A DNA stretch of 54,019 nucleotides from Octopus bimaculoides (lineage: Eukaryota). This document shows, in pieces, positions 1 through 13,655 of the stretch. A program made the translations under genes and the position numbers. The DNA is taken from positions 4,414,259-4,468,277 of the forward strand of contig NC_069006.1 of assembly GCF_001194135.2 (NCBI RefSeq). The letters are read 5' to 3'. How positions within the stretch are numbered: position 1 is the first letter of the stretch; every line of letters starts with the position of its first letter. The notes beneath the pieces are model-generated. The model made no database searches and had not been told where the DNA came from. It saw only the letters and a list, made by a program, of their open reading frames with translations.

Positions 1-109
1 ATATATATAGTCAATCTAAATAAGAACAAGCAATAAAAAACAACAACGCGAGGACGTGGAACAAGTACAGTGTTATTGGACGCTCAGGAAAGGAAAGAAA
101 AGAAAGAGG

Positions 110-143
110 ATCTCACGTTTCGAGCGGAGCTCTTCATCAGAAA
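110..143 (-). ncRNA. Minimal hammerhead-ribozyme-like motif in a Penelope-derived repeat
   Basis: The minus strand reads ttt-CTGATGA-a-GAGC-tcc-GCTC-GAAA-CGT-G-aga: intact core, 4-bp helix II and palindromic ACGT helix III. The cleavage triplet is GUG, so it is probably inactive. Confidence 0.6.
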
Positions 144-1972
144 TATAGAATAAGTCCAAAGAAGGGAAGTTGGAGAAGGAAAATCGCCAACGATACACAC
201 ACGGTCTGACTTTTGCTTTGTATTTGGACAAGTTGACTCCAAGTCTCACCCAGAGACCTCAAGAGACAACCAGTTAGAAGTCCTCTCTTACACTCACATT
301 CTTGTACCTCGAGAGTTTATACTCTAGCACTTCCTCCCTATCTTCTTTGATGTCCTTCTCAACTACTCCAACCAATCCCTTTATATAATGTGGAGTAGGT
401 ATGTATCTCCTCTATAGCAAGACACTTGTGTTTGTCCCTTTATCATACATTAGTACCTCAACATATGACATGAAGCCTATTTAGCAGGACGTGTTTTCCT
501 TTTTCTTTTTCTTTATTCTTGCTTTTTTCCTTTTCCTTTTTCCTTATTCTCAAGTGCCAGTGGAACATAAAAAAGCAGCCAGTACACACTGTAATTTGGT
601 TGGTGTTAGGAAGGGCATCCAGCTGTAAAAACCATGCCAAAACAGACAATTGGAGCCTGGTGCAGCCCTACAGCTCACCACATCCTATCAAACCATCTTA
701 TTATGCCAGTATGATGATGATGGTGGTAATGAATATGGTGATGATAATAGTGTTGGAGGTGGTGGTGGTGGTGGTGGTGGCAATGATGATATATGGCTGT
801 TATGCAGCTCACTTCACAATCATATGGTTTGGAGTTCAGTCCCACAACATGGTACCCTGGGAAAGTGTTTTCTGTAACCCTGGACTGACCAGTACCTCGT
901 GAATGAATTTTGTTGATAGAGACTGTATAGAAGCCCCTCATATACATATGTGTATATAACTCTGCGTGTGTTTATATGTTTTTGTACTTGTCCCTCACCA
1001 CTGTTTGCTAACCAGTGATGGTTTGCTTATGTCCATATAAATTAGTGGTTCAGCAAAAGGGACTGGTAAACCCAAAATATAAATAGTGGGGTTGATTTGC
1101 ATGACTAAACCCTTTAAGAGGGTGCCCCAGCATAATTGCAATTTCATAACTGAAACATGTAAATGAATATATATGTATACACACACATCTTCATCATGAT
1201 GATCATCATCATTTAACATCTTCTTTCCATGCTGGCATGGGTTGGACAGTTTGACATAGAGCTGGCTAGCAGGGAGCTGTCCGGACTCCAGCTGTCTGTT
1301 GTGACATGGTTTCTATGGCGGGATGTCCTTCCTAACACCAACCACTTAACAGAGTGTGCTTTTTTTACATGCCACTGGCATGGTGGATTTTACATGGCAC
1401 CAGCACAGGTGTGTTAACACAGCACTGATTTGGGTGCTTTGTAAGTGGCATCAGCACCTGAAGGACAAGCCTGTATATGTGGGACACAGTGATTCTACTT
1501 AGCTTGATGATGATGAATTCCAATATTTTAAATCCAGTTTTATCCCCATTAACAAGGGTGGCCGGATCTACCTCACTCTTACAGCAACCACCCTCACACC
1601 ATCTCGCCCTTTTTGGGTGTCCTTCCTCCTCAAGCCAACCCTCCCAATCTCTTCCTCCACCTGTCCCTTCCACGTTTTCTTTGGCCGACCTCGCTTTCGC
1701 GGTTCATTCACTTGACACATTTATCAAGTACAGCAACCATACATACATTCAGTGATGGCTCCCATGCCAGTGGCACATAAAAGCACCCACTACACTGTCG
1801 AAGTGGTTGGTGTTAGGAAGGGCATCCAGCTGTAGAAACCTTGTCAAACCAGATTGGAGCCTGGTGCAATCTCCCGGCTTGTTAGTTCTCAGTCAAACCA
1901 TCCAACCCATGTCTGCATGGAAAACGGACGTTAAATGACGATGACGATGATGATGATGACTTAGTCATACAC

Positions 1973-2380
1973 ACATACTCTTTTACTCTTTTACTTGTTT
2001 CAGTCATTTGACTGTGACCATGCTGGAGCACCGCTTTTAGTCGAGGAAATCGACCCCAGGACTTATTCTTTGGGAGCCTAGTACTTATTCTATCGGTCTC
2101 CTTTTGCCGAACCGCTAAGTTACGGGGACATAAACACACCAGCATCGGTTGTCAAGCGATGTTGGGGGGACAAACATATACACACAAACTTATACACATA
2201 CATATATATACATATATACGACGGGCTTCTTTTCAGTTTCTGTCTACCAAATCCACTCACAAGGCTTTGGTCAGCCTGAGGCTATAGTAGAAGACACTTG
2301 CTCAAGGTGCCACGCAGTGGGAATGAACTTGGAACCCATGTGGTTGGTAAGCAAGTTACTTACCACACAGCCACTCCTAC
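1973..2380 (-). mobile_element. tRNA-derived SINE, family A, near full length
   Basis: Head with TGGCTGTGTGGT box A and a GGTTC-type box B, a CA/TA microsatellite middle, and a tail ending gactgaaacaagtaaaagagtaaaaag. The same family recurs at 12870-13040, 15295-15620, 22130-22385, 24236-24610, 28555-28720, 42165-42320 and 49200-49430. Confidence 0.85.
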
Positions 2381-2419
2381 GTCAATGTACTTTTCCACAA
2401 TAAGACATCATATCTCAGG

Positions 2420-2680
2420 TACTAACAGACATGTGATAAGTGTATCGCAGAGAAGATTCACAAGATGGATTCTCCAAGCCAAGCCAAGCGAACCAGCTGG
2501 AGACTGAGGGGTAGATCAAGGATGAGATGATTGGATAATAGCCACAGATTCAGTTGTTCCCATTTGGAAAACCAGGCAGAAATTGTAATGATAGTTGCTT
2601 TTGACAGGACTCTAGGGAGGAGGTACCTAAGGTCTCCACCCCCATGACCTTCCCAGGAAAAGTGGAGACTTAAGATAGAT
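2420..2680 (+). mobile_element. Degenerate RTE-type LINE C-terminal fragment
   Basis: Translates as RRFTRWILQAKPSEP..LRGRSRMR, resembling the G.R.RGRP..RW end of RTE ORF2. Confidence 0.5.
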
Positions 2681-2701
2681 GGGTAGAGGGATGGATACAT
2701 A

Positions 2702-3410
2702 CGAGGGGGTACCTAAAGGTAACTGGAAATGTTCTCTGTGGAACAAGCCCATTGTAGTTCAGGCGTCAGCCATTTGATGCAACCCTCAGGCATCAGTCTG
2801 CTGACCAGCATTGTTCGGTGATTTTTGTGATGGCTGAAATGAAGGAATAGCCTGCTTCCACAAAATTCTGTTTTCTGCTGGGGAACAGCTTACAAGGCCA
2901 CTGCCATGAGCAAAACACAAGCTTACAAGTGGTTTCCATGCTTCAAGAATGGTCATTTGTTGCTCGAAGACCAACCTCTTTCAGGACAACCATTGACCTC
3001 CTGAACAATTGACAAACTTGTGGATCTGACTGGTGTGTCCTGGAGCTCCTGCCAAACAAAATTTATGTGAGGAATTTTGAATGAGAAGAAGTGCATCAAA
3101 ATTTGTGCTCGTGGAAGATCAAAAGCAGTCCTGACTGAATGTGTGTCGTAAACTGAAAGAACAGTCGGAAGTTGGTCTGGACCTCTTTTTGAAGGTCAGC
3201 ACTGGTGACAAAAGCTGTTGCCATGGAAGACGGGATGAAGAAAATGACAGAGGCACTAAAAGGCATCATTTTGCAAGGGTTCTAGGACTACTTCGAACAG
3301 TGGGAAACATGTCTGTACCGATGCATTGCTTCAAATGGAGAATACTTTGAAAGTGATAAAAGTGCAAACATATAAAACTAAGTGAATGAAATAACATTGC
3401 AAAATTCCAA
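2702..3410 (+). mobile_element. Internally deleted, decayed mariner transposon
   Basis: TA|CGAGGGGG left end. N-terminal KFCFLLG and MSKTQAYKWFPCFKNGHLLLEDQPLSGQP (mariner HTH/linker). C-terminal EQWETCLYRCIASNGEYFESD. Contains stops and deletions, and the right TIR is incomplete. Confidence 0.85.
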
Positions 3411-3499
3411 TATTTACACACATACACTCAGAGAGTGAGAGAGTTTTGTATGTGTGTATATGTATATGCATATATATGTATACCTTATGTATGTGTGTG

Positions 3500-3608
3500 T
3501 ATCTATCTATCTATGTCTATCTATCTATCTATATCTATATCCATCTATCGTTATCTATTTATCTATCTATCTATCTATCTATCTATATCTATCTATCTAT
3601 CTATCTAT
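3500..3608. repeat. (TATC)n microsatellite; similar tracts at about 4070-4112 and 6600-6780
   Basis: Directly visible tetranucleotide repeats. Confidence 0.95.
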
Positions 3609-4070
3609 TTGTCAAAGTACTGGAAGAATAAAAAGACTATATCCAATGCAGCACTCGACTCGAGCTTGAGGTTATTTATACTCTTGTATCATAGTCTTAA
3701 GTTAAATTGATATCCTTCACGTGTAGAAAATCCAGGTGTAACGTCAATAAAAAAACCAATATGTGGGTTTAGAGTAAAATATAATCGAAATAAGAAGACA
3801 AAGAAAGAGTTTATCACATCTTCAATGACCAGTTACAAATGTTTCTTTAACAACTCTGTTTTTAACTCCAATTCCATGAGGAAAGTTTAGTGAGTGTTGC
3901 ATGACTTTTATGTCCAATCCAATTGCGTTAAAAACAGAGTTGGTACAGAAAGAATTCTAACTAGTCATAAAAGGTCTGATAAATTGTTTTATTCTTCTTC
4001 ATGGTGTTATTTATCTATTTATCTGTCTGTTTCTACATGTTTATTTATCTAAGAGTGAAGCTATGTATAC

Positions 4071-4116
<46 letters not shown>

Positions 4117-5590
4117 GTGTCACTTTATCTATGTATGCATTGTTCTATCTGTCTGTGTCAATCTACGTAGGTCTCTATATATCTATCTGTTTGTCTGTGT
4201 GATGAAATATGAGAAGGCAAATGTCAGGATTAGACGTGTGTTATTGTGATCACAGTAAATTCATTTACTTCATACAGGGCAACAAACGAAGATAGCAACA
4301 AGCCCTATTTACTAAAGTGCCGGACTATATGGCCATCGATATTTAGTTACCTCCCTTTACGTATTCACTTGAAATTTTCCCATCACCTTCGTCTTTCTTT
4401 GAGAAATTAATTAATTAAATAAGTACCATTAATAAATGCTGCATTAACAGCCACCAATAATGAAATATATCTCTTATAACAAACTTAGAGAAAACGCTAT
4501 TACCTTTGTGAAAATTTGAAACGTGTGGCGATAAATGCCGAAGTAAATGTGATGATAAATGCCGAACTAAATGTCTTAAGTTATTTAATTATGTCCCTTC
4601 GTTCTTTTTAGTTTTTTTTTTTTAGTTCTTCTCTTTAGTTTTTGCTTTTTCCATATAATATGGGGGAAAGGGATTCATAAATTAATTAGCTATCATTAAT
4701 ATGCTGGAATGGATTAATAGTCGCCACAAACGTATTCGTGACCTTGCTCCAAAATAAGAAAACATTTAATGGAGAAAGTAAAGTTATTACGGATGTCATG
4801 GAATGAAAGGGAGCCATAACTAGATCTGTTGCGGGGGTTTAAATATCTGGGAATTTTTTGTTTTCTAATCACTTCCTTGCTGGAATAAACTTCTTCTCAT
4901 CCAGAATGATTTAAATAAATACTAATAATGTTCATAATAAGAATAATATAGGAGGAGGTCGATTGGCAAATATATTTTTGTCCTATGGCATCGGGCATTT
5001 GTAGAATGGTGCAAACAGATGCCTTCTGTGTATACACCCTCGTGTATATGTATGTGTGTGTGAGACGTGTGTATATATATATATATATATATAACGAGAA
5101 ATGAATGAAAAATAACACTCGAAATAAACTTATGGAGGTCTTCATCAACAAAAGATATCAAAAAGTTCGTATGTTGCCATACGAACATACTTTTTACGCA
5201 CTTCACTAATGACTGGAAGCTGCCTATACACACACACACACACACACAGAGTACTTCATGTACATGTTCGATTGAAATGCGAGAAATAGCAGCCAACTGC
5301 CCCTCAAATCTCGAATCATACACCATTCTCTTAGAAATGGTTGGAGTCGTTGAATTATTGTATTATGCAGTCTTACGTAGGAAATGGAAAATAAATATAA
5401 AAAAAATAAAAGAACCCGGATTGGGTGTAGATGGCTAAAATGTCTGAGTAATCATAGGTGTGTTGGTGTGTTCATTAAAACTAAAAAAAAATGAACTAGT
5501 GTTAAATAACTCGTCGTTTCCATTTTTTTTTTTTTTTTGTGTATGGTTGTAAAGAAAAAGAAATGTAGATATGTATTTGTGAGTGTATGC

Positions 5591-5644
<54 letters not shown>

Positions 5645-6050
5645 TAAAACGTTGTTTAGCTTGAGCTCGGCACTTGATTGAACATACCTATCTACGATCA
5701 ATGGCTTCCAACCGTGTCTCTCCTGTCTGAATTTTTATTCAACGACAGTCGCTTCAGATTTACAACAAAAATCATTCAAGTCATTCACACACCTATCTCT
5801 TATTATTAAGCGTTGTATATCTAGGGCTACGCTGTCGAATGTCTTTTACATTAAGGATAGATTTGGCTATTATTACTAGCATATGGGTTAGGCATATTGA
5901 TTCTTTTTTTATTTACTTGAAACTATTAAAAGGTTTGATGTGACTTATGTTTAGCAGATGGGATCTGGTTTGGTTGGTGGTGGCCATTTTCTCAATTTAT
6001 AAAGGAAATGGAATGGAAGATTTAAAATCACATGGAAACCTCTCTCTCGT

Positions 6051-6109
<59 letters not shown>

Positions 6110-6627
6110 TGTGTGTGTGTCTGTCTTTCTCTATGACCAACAGATGTGATAAGTGTTAATGTTAATGAAAATTTGGGTATCTTCGCTTTTACGGTCCTAA
6201 ATTGAAATTGGTCTTTTGACTGCGCTTATAGACATTACATACATACATACAAGTTTATATGTATATAATTGTTTGTGCGTGTGTAACGAGAAATGATTTT
6301 TACACTCATAAACAATAGTTATGAAAAAATTAATTCAACTCGTATTTCAAAGTAGTCGTTTCATCATCATCGTTACACACACACACACAGACATACACCG
6401 ATGATGATGATTTTGTAATTAGGTTGAGATAGATATAAACCTGTGTAAATAAGATTCTTTATTTCCAGATTGTCAAACAGTTCATCCAATGTGATAAAAA
6501 ATACATAGAACATTAAAAATAATTATTATATATATATATATTATATAGTGAGTTCTGTTTATCCTGTTTGCTCTATTTAAAGAATAGATGGCTAGGTAGA
6601 TAGACAAATAGATAGATAAATAGATAT

Positions 6628-6676
<49 letters not shown>

Positions 6677-7549
6677 CAGTTAGATAGATAGATAGATAGA
6701 TAGATACGTATAAATGGGTTTCTTGAAGATCTACGCATAGTCGTGTTTTATTAGATAGATAGATAGATAGATAGATATAAAGCCAGAAACAAAAGTGCAC
6801 ATTCTATATGTGCAATAAGAGCGTGTATATTATTTTTTATATCAGCAAACAATTTCTTGCTGGGTATGGCCATTTAACTCAACTTGGCAGAAAGCTGCCA
6901 TTGAGTTTAGGCATCGTATATTACCATAAGGTAATATATAATATAAGTGTTGTGGCGGTGGGGTTAAAGTACAGTCGAAAGACCAAGTTAAATTATCTAG
7001 GACCCAGTAATTAAGTGACGATACCCGAAAAATTCTTGGCCACTAAATATCAATCCAGATTTGGGGTGGACACGAAGGGAGATAACTCTTGCCGTTTGTA
7101 GGTGAATAACACATGCATGTCCCCCTCACCTTGTTAATGACTCCCTTTTCTCTTAACACCAAATATATTTCTCACCTTTATTATCAAGTCATTTCCTGTT
7201 TTTGATTCTCCAAAACCTTTCTTCAACGTTAACAACACCTTCTATTACTTGTGTTTCACTTTACTTTATTGTTTTATAGCTTTTTAGTAATTTTAGTTTT
7301 ATTTCATCTTCTTTTATAATTTTTTTTCTTTTCCTCTTTCGTCTTCCTAACCATTTTCTGTCCTATTCTATCCTGTATTTTCAATCTTTCGCGTTCTCTC
7401 CATTCTACGTTTTTATCCCTCACCCGTGTTTGGGTCTTTCTTTTTTTCCTTATAAAATAAAACTAAATTATTTGATATATTGTATTTTGTTTCGTTTTGT
7501 GAAAGAATTTTCCTAACGTTGGAGACGTATACATATGTATATATATATA

Positions 7550-7986
7550 NNNNNNNNNNNNNNNNNNNNNNNNNNNNNNNNNNNNNNNNNNNNNNNNNNN
7601 NNNNNNNNNNNNNNNNNNNNNNNNNNNNNNNNNNNNNNNNNNNNNNNNNNNNNNNNNNNNNNNNNNNNNNNNNNNNNNNNNNNNNNNNNNNNNNNNNNNN
7701 NNNNNNNNNNNNNNNNNNNNNNNNNNNNNNNNNNNNNNNNNNNNNNNNNNNNNNNNNNNNNNNNNNNNNNNNNNNNNNNNNNNNNNNNNNNNNNNNNNNN
7801 NNNNNNNNNNNNNNNNNNNNNNNNNNNNNNNNNNNNNNNNNNNNNNNNNNNNNNNNNNNNNNNNNNNNNNNNNNNNNNNNNNNNNNNNNNNNNNNNNNNN
7901 NNNNNNNNNNNNNNNNNNNNNNNNNNNNNNNNNNNNNNNNNNNNNNNNNNNNNNNNNNNNNNNNNNNNNNNNNNNNNNNNNNNNNN
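7550..7986. other. Assembly gap (others at 9777-9852, 28741-29020, 29812-30124, 43414-43855, 48305-48342, 49518-50337)
   Basis: Runs of N, mostly flanked by microsatellites or repeats. Confidence 1.
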
Positions 7987-8035
<49 letters not shown>

Positions 8036-9736
8036 ATGTATATTTTCCGATCAATCCAAAATTTAAATATACATACATGTATATTACTACAGATATTTTC
8101 TGCCGATTAGATTGAAAGTTATCCTATTCCAAGAAACATTTCCAAGAAAAAACAGAAATAACTACATATACATAATGCATAATATACCAATAGATAAATA
8201 AAAAACCTATTCGATTCTCTCTCTCACTCTATCCATTTCTTTTCTAAAAATTTACAATTGTACAAGTAAGGTTTGTGATTTTTTTCTCTATCCCCCTTCC
8301 TTGTTCAATCGCTCTTAGTTTTTATTATATTTTATTTCATTCTATTCTATTTAACTTTTAAAGAGAAACCTTCGGTCAAATCAGAAAAAAAACTACTGAA
8401 CACGGCCCGACTGCTCACCACCCTCTTCGCCGTCTCCTCCACCTTTTATAACTATCAACACCTCCACCACCATCATCGTCACCGTTATAACCACCACCAC
8501 CACCACCACCATCATCGGTATCACTGTACCCACCATCACCGCCACTATAACTATCACCGCCTCTTCCACCACCCCCTCCACGCGCACTGACGCTATTATA
8601 ACACCTAACTCCAATACTTGTACTACTGTTTATTAAACTACCAGTGCTGTCTGTCTCTATCTTCTGCCACTTCTCTCAGCTGAGAGCATTTTTTTGGTTA
8701 TTTATTTCTTAGTTTATTTTACTGCCTGAATCCATTCTAAAGACATACATACACACACTGCAAAGTAAGTAAAGTATATACATCTATATTAACATTGGTT
8801 TGTTTGAGAGGCTTTTTAGCTCTATGAAATAACTTCATCGTTTAAATATCCATTAGGAGAAAAAGATAGCAGGATAGGAAAGAAATTTGTTTTTGCCATT
8901 TCTTTTGTTTTTATCATTATTATTCCTCTCCCGATAAGTCCTGTTTTTGAGGTTCTAAAAGATTTCTTTTACCAACTTCCAACTTTCCTCCCCATCTTTT
9001 CCCCTCTCTCTCTGTCTTCATATTATTCCTATCCGAAAATATAATAATAGTTTTTGAGTTGGTTCTTTCTTACTTTAAACTTCAACTCCAAGTTAGTGGG
9101 GGGGTTGTGTCTTGTTATTTTCGCCCCCAGCTTTCTTGCTTTTATTTCAATTTATTTTTCACTCTGAGAGAGAGCGAAAGAGACCCTCCACTCATCCGAA
9201 AAAATACAATAATCACGTACAAGCTCTAATCTCTAAAACTATATATCACCGACAATTTCTAGATAAACCATTCACACCATTTAGATACCAATCATAATAA
9301 CGATTAGTATAATAACAGCGATTTCTTTTAATAATTATTATTAATGATGATGATGTTAATAAGATCAATGATTCCTAAGAGACGGGATTTTGAGGGTCTT
9401 CTTTCTCATTTAATTTAATATTTCCTGTCCTAATCGTTTGTTTTGGTTGTCAGTTTCATAAGATTAATAACAGTACTAGTTATAATAATAATACTAACCG
9501 TTGTTATTGTTATTAGTATTATTATTATTATTATCCTTGTTTAGTGACAACTATGCCAAACAGGGTCCGTTTCTCACTCTCTCTCTTTCTCCTCTTCTCC
9601 AATTCTTTGAGCTTCTCTGCTCATATGTATATATATACATATATAAATTTTCGCAACTTAATCATTTGTTGTTTGTACTGTTATTTTTGTTCTAATTTTT
9701 CTCTTGCTAGTTGCAACATTTGTGTGCCTGACATTG

Positions 9737-9776
<40 letters not shown>

Positions 9777-10814
9777 NNNNNNNNNNNNNNNNNNNNNNNN
9801 NNNNNNNNNNNNNNNNNNNNNNNNNNNNNNNNNNNNNNNNNNNNNNNNNNNNTATATATATATATATATATATATCCGTATCCTAAATACGAATAGAAAA
9901 TTTCGACCAAGAAAAAGAACGAAACAAAAATAACAGGAATTTAATTAGCCATAAAGAACATCAGATTAAACAGGGAACTACTAAACCCTTCAAATTCATT
10001 TGACGAATTGCTATTTTCTTTTTTCAGTTACAAATCTGTTAAAACAAACCTTCTAAACCACTTATCTATTTGTTCTTCTCTATATATCTCTCCCCACCTC
10101 TTTCTACTTGTATATGTATGCGTATGTGTGTGTTTTTAGAGTTTAACATAGGTTTTCAAGACTCAAGCTTTAATAACAGAGAGAGAGAGAAAAACAGGAG
10201 GTTGTAACGTTCATGCTTTATCCAAGGGCATTTAGCGACATAGTGAAATAATTATATGGCTATATCTCTCCTTTCTGCCATCAATGTTCTTCAAAAGAAA
10301 CACAAAAACTAGGTTGGTTGATTATTAAACTAACCCATTTCATTGACGATAAAGAAAATGAAGCAGCAATCTTTGTGGTTCGCCAAAGAAATGTCTTACC
10401 CTCTTTCCTGCTTTATTATTTTTTTCACTCTCACTCTCTCCATGTTTTTATCAAGGTTCAATTTATTCGAGGTAATAGTTTTGCTTTGTTTTGTTCTTTT
10501 TTTTTTAAACTTTTGTTGGATTCCTCTTCGGAAGGTTTAATATCTTTTTATTCGCTTTTTTTTCCTTCCCAAATTTCGATTTCATGAAATTGTATTTAAA
10601 GGTAATTCTTGGATGTTCACAATTACAAACTGTTAAATGTTCTCTGCGTAAACTTGTGTCGCTTTGGAAATGCAACACACATACACACGCTTATATATAT
10701 ATTGTGTGTGTGTGTTTGTAAATACATTAAGAAAACAAACTTTTGGTGTTTGTCATAACGCACCTGTTAATTACATTGAAATATGACTGGGTAAATAGTA
10801 AACATACATTCAAA

Positions 10815-11073
10815 TATATATATATATAAATATGTATATATTATGTATATCTATATCTGTGTATATGTATGTATATATATCTATATCTGTATGTGTGTAT
10901 ATATATGTGTGTGTGTATGTGTATGTATATATATGTGTGTGTATAATATATATCTATATCTATATCTATTTATGTGTGTATGTATGTATATATATATGTA
11001 TAATGTATATATCTATATCTGTATGTATGAGTGTGTATGTATATATATATATGTATGTGTGTGTGTATATATA

Positions 11074-11124
<51 letters not shown>

Positions 11125-11265
11125 GTGTAACATGTATACAAATATATACATTTATTTTTGTATATATATATAATTTATATTATGTATGTGTGTGTACACA
11201 TACATAATATAAATATGTATGTATTTTCATACATACACATAATGTGTATATATGAATATACATAC
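10815..11265. repeat. Compound (TA)/(TG) low-complexity tract
   Basis: Directly visible. It gives rise to the spurious YI/CV-rich ORFs. Confidence 0.95.
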
Positions 11266-11994
11266 ATTATATCATCAAATTTCGGGTGGGGGCGAAGTTT
11301 TATACAACCGGATGCCCTTCCTGTTGCCAAACCTCATCCTTTGAACATGACCATCAAATGGCTAGACCCCTTTTTAATGGGAAATTGCTTGTATGATGGT
11401 GATGTATGTTTACAAATCGTGTGCCATATCAAGACACAGACACGTATTCATGTGCAAATGAATAGTGACTCCTCCTTGGCTGGTGGAGCACCCAACATCA
11501 TGTGTGTGTTTATGATATTACTATCATCATCATCATCATACTCTGTTGGTATGGGTTGGATAGTGTATATGTGTGTGTATCTCTCTTTCTCTCTACATAT
11601 ATATATATCATCATCGTTTAACGTCCATGTTCCATGCATGCGTAGGGCGGTTGACAAGAGCTGACCAGGTAGAAAAACTACCCTAGGCTACTGTGTCTGT
11701 TTTGGCAAGCTTTTTACAGCTGGATGCCCTTCCCAACACCTACCACTCTGCAGAGTGGACTCATTGCTTTTTACATGGCACGAGCAGAGGCAAGGCCAGT
11801 TTGGCGTGATTTTTACAACTGGATGCCCTTCCAAATGCCAACCACTTTACAGGGTGGACTGGATGCCTTTTGCATGGCACCAGCACTGGTAGGATTACCA
11901 TACATACATACACACACACACTCATCAACATTTTAACTTGCACTTTTCCATGCTCACATGGGTTGTTTGGAATTTGTTGGGGGCAGATTTCTAT

Positions 11995-12850
11995 ATAAGA
12001 ACTATATCATCCACATAGAGGAGCTATCACTGGTTGCCAGTCTTAAACTGCTTTCATATAGCTTGGAAGATTTTAATGAACCGGAATGGCCTGTGTACAG
12101 AGTCCTGTTGTACCCCAACCTGAACCCTAAATTGGTTGCTGAACCCATTGCTAATTTTCTCCTTGCTGATTGCACCTCTGTACATGACTTACCTACCCTT
12201 CATCCATACCTACCCTTCTCATAATCCATAAGATCACAGAGCAGAGAACCCAGTCAAATAATTTTCACCTTGCTGATTGCACCTCTGTACATGACTTACA
12301 TGTTCCTCGCACACTATTCATCCATACCTAGCCTTCTCAGCATCCATAAGATCACAGAGCGGAGAACCCAGTTAACGGCCCTCTCTAGTTCATTAAATGT
12401 CAGCGATAGAGGTTTTCTCCTGGTTTAGTACTTCTCCCAAGCACAAAACCAAACTGCATTTCACCAAAGTGGAATTCTCATCCTAATTGGTTAAGCTTAT
12501 AATTCTTTTGGTAATCTTTATAACCTGTTCTAACAGTTTGATACACCTGTAATTACCTTTCTCTAAAGTATCACATTTACCTTTGTAATAGTTGATGATG
12601 ATGCTGCTACACCAGTCGTTAGGCATGGTAACTTCCTAAAACAACCTGATTGATCATACTGGTGACTAACTTGTATCCAATTCTGCTACAGAATTTTCAG
12701 CCTCTCGATAGTAACTTCTGATGAATCATCTCTTATTGGTTTATCAACCATACTGCTATCAATTTGAATGGCTGGTCCCTAGACCTTTCTCCCTATACAA
12801 CAGATATGATCTTCTCCTTTCCAAAGTTACAAGAAAAATGCTGACATTAA
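11995..12850 (-). mobile_element. Degenerate RTE LINE reverse-transcriptase fragment with an internal tandem duplication
   Basis: Minus-strand translation gives IPNDWCSSIIINYYKG, NYRCIKLLEQVIK, EMQFGFV, GVQQDS and LLYVDDIVLI (YADD-like motif). Many stops. Confidence 0.8.
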
Positions 12851-13424
12851 AAACAACCATCTATTATAGGTGTAGCTGTGTGATTAAGAAGTCAGCTTCT
12901 CAAGCATGTGGTTTTGGGTTCAATCTCACTGTGTGGCACCTTTGGCAAGTGTCTTCTACCACAGCTCCAAGCCAACCAAAGCCTTGTGAGTGGATTTGGT
13001 AGACAGAAAATGGAAGAAGCCCATCATGTTGTGTGTGTGTGTATACCCTTGTCTAGACATCACATGATTGTTGCAAATAAGCATTATCATCATATAAGTA
13101 AAGTTATTCATCTCCAGTCTTCCACAAAAACATGTCTGGTTATGGGCAAATGTTACCTTGCTTGGAAACAGGTGAAGGGTTGGCGACAGGAAGAGCGTGT
13201 GTCTGGAGAAAATATTCTCTAACAAATTCTGTCTGCTCCATGCACAGTTTAGCGGTGAGGGTGTTGAACTCATGAGTGTAAAATTGTGGTTTTGATCCCT
13301 GGACCAGGAGATGCGTCCTGGTCTTGAGCAAAACACTTCATTTCAAGTTGCTTCATCCACTCAGCTGATGAGAATGAGTAACCCTATGATGGACTGGTGT
13401 CTCATCCAGGATGGAGTATATATG

Positions 13425-13655
13425 TATTTCTTTATTGCCCACAGGGGGCTAAACATAGAGGGGACAAACAAGGACAGACAAAGGGATTAAGTCGATTACA
13501 TCGACCCCAGTGCGTAACTGGTACTTATTTAATCGACCCTGAAGGGATGAGAAGCAAAGTCGACCACAGCGGAATTTGAACTCGGAACATAACAGCAGAC
13601 AAAATACCACTAAGCATTTTGCTCAGTGTGCTAACCACTCTGCCAGCTCGCTGCC
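13425..13655 (-). mobile_element. tRNA-derived SINE, family B (ggcagcgagctggcaga...gagttcaaattcc...ggggtcgat)
   Basis: Box-B GAGTTCAAATTCC and a shared body. Further copies at 44270-44640, 45290-45720, 46330-46740, 47551-47700 and 52090-52250. Confidence 0.85.

Noticed and set aside
5165-5186. Perfect 9-bp hairpin gttcgtatg-ttgc-catacgaac
   Set aside because: Short and isolated. One such stem is not unexpected in 54 kb.
7413-8115. Long ORFs across N runs (also near 9700, 28700, 29650, 43230 and 49290)
   Set aside because: Artefacts of translating assembly gaps and flanking dinucleotide repeats.
10832-11664. YI/CV/LS-rich ORFs (also 3435-3710, 4001-4249 and 41560-42470)
   Set aside because: Translations of (TA)n, (TG)n and (TATC)n microsatellites.
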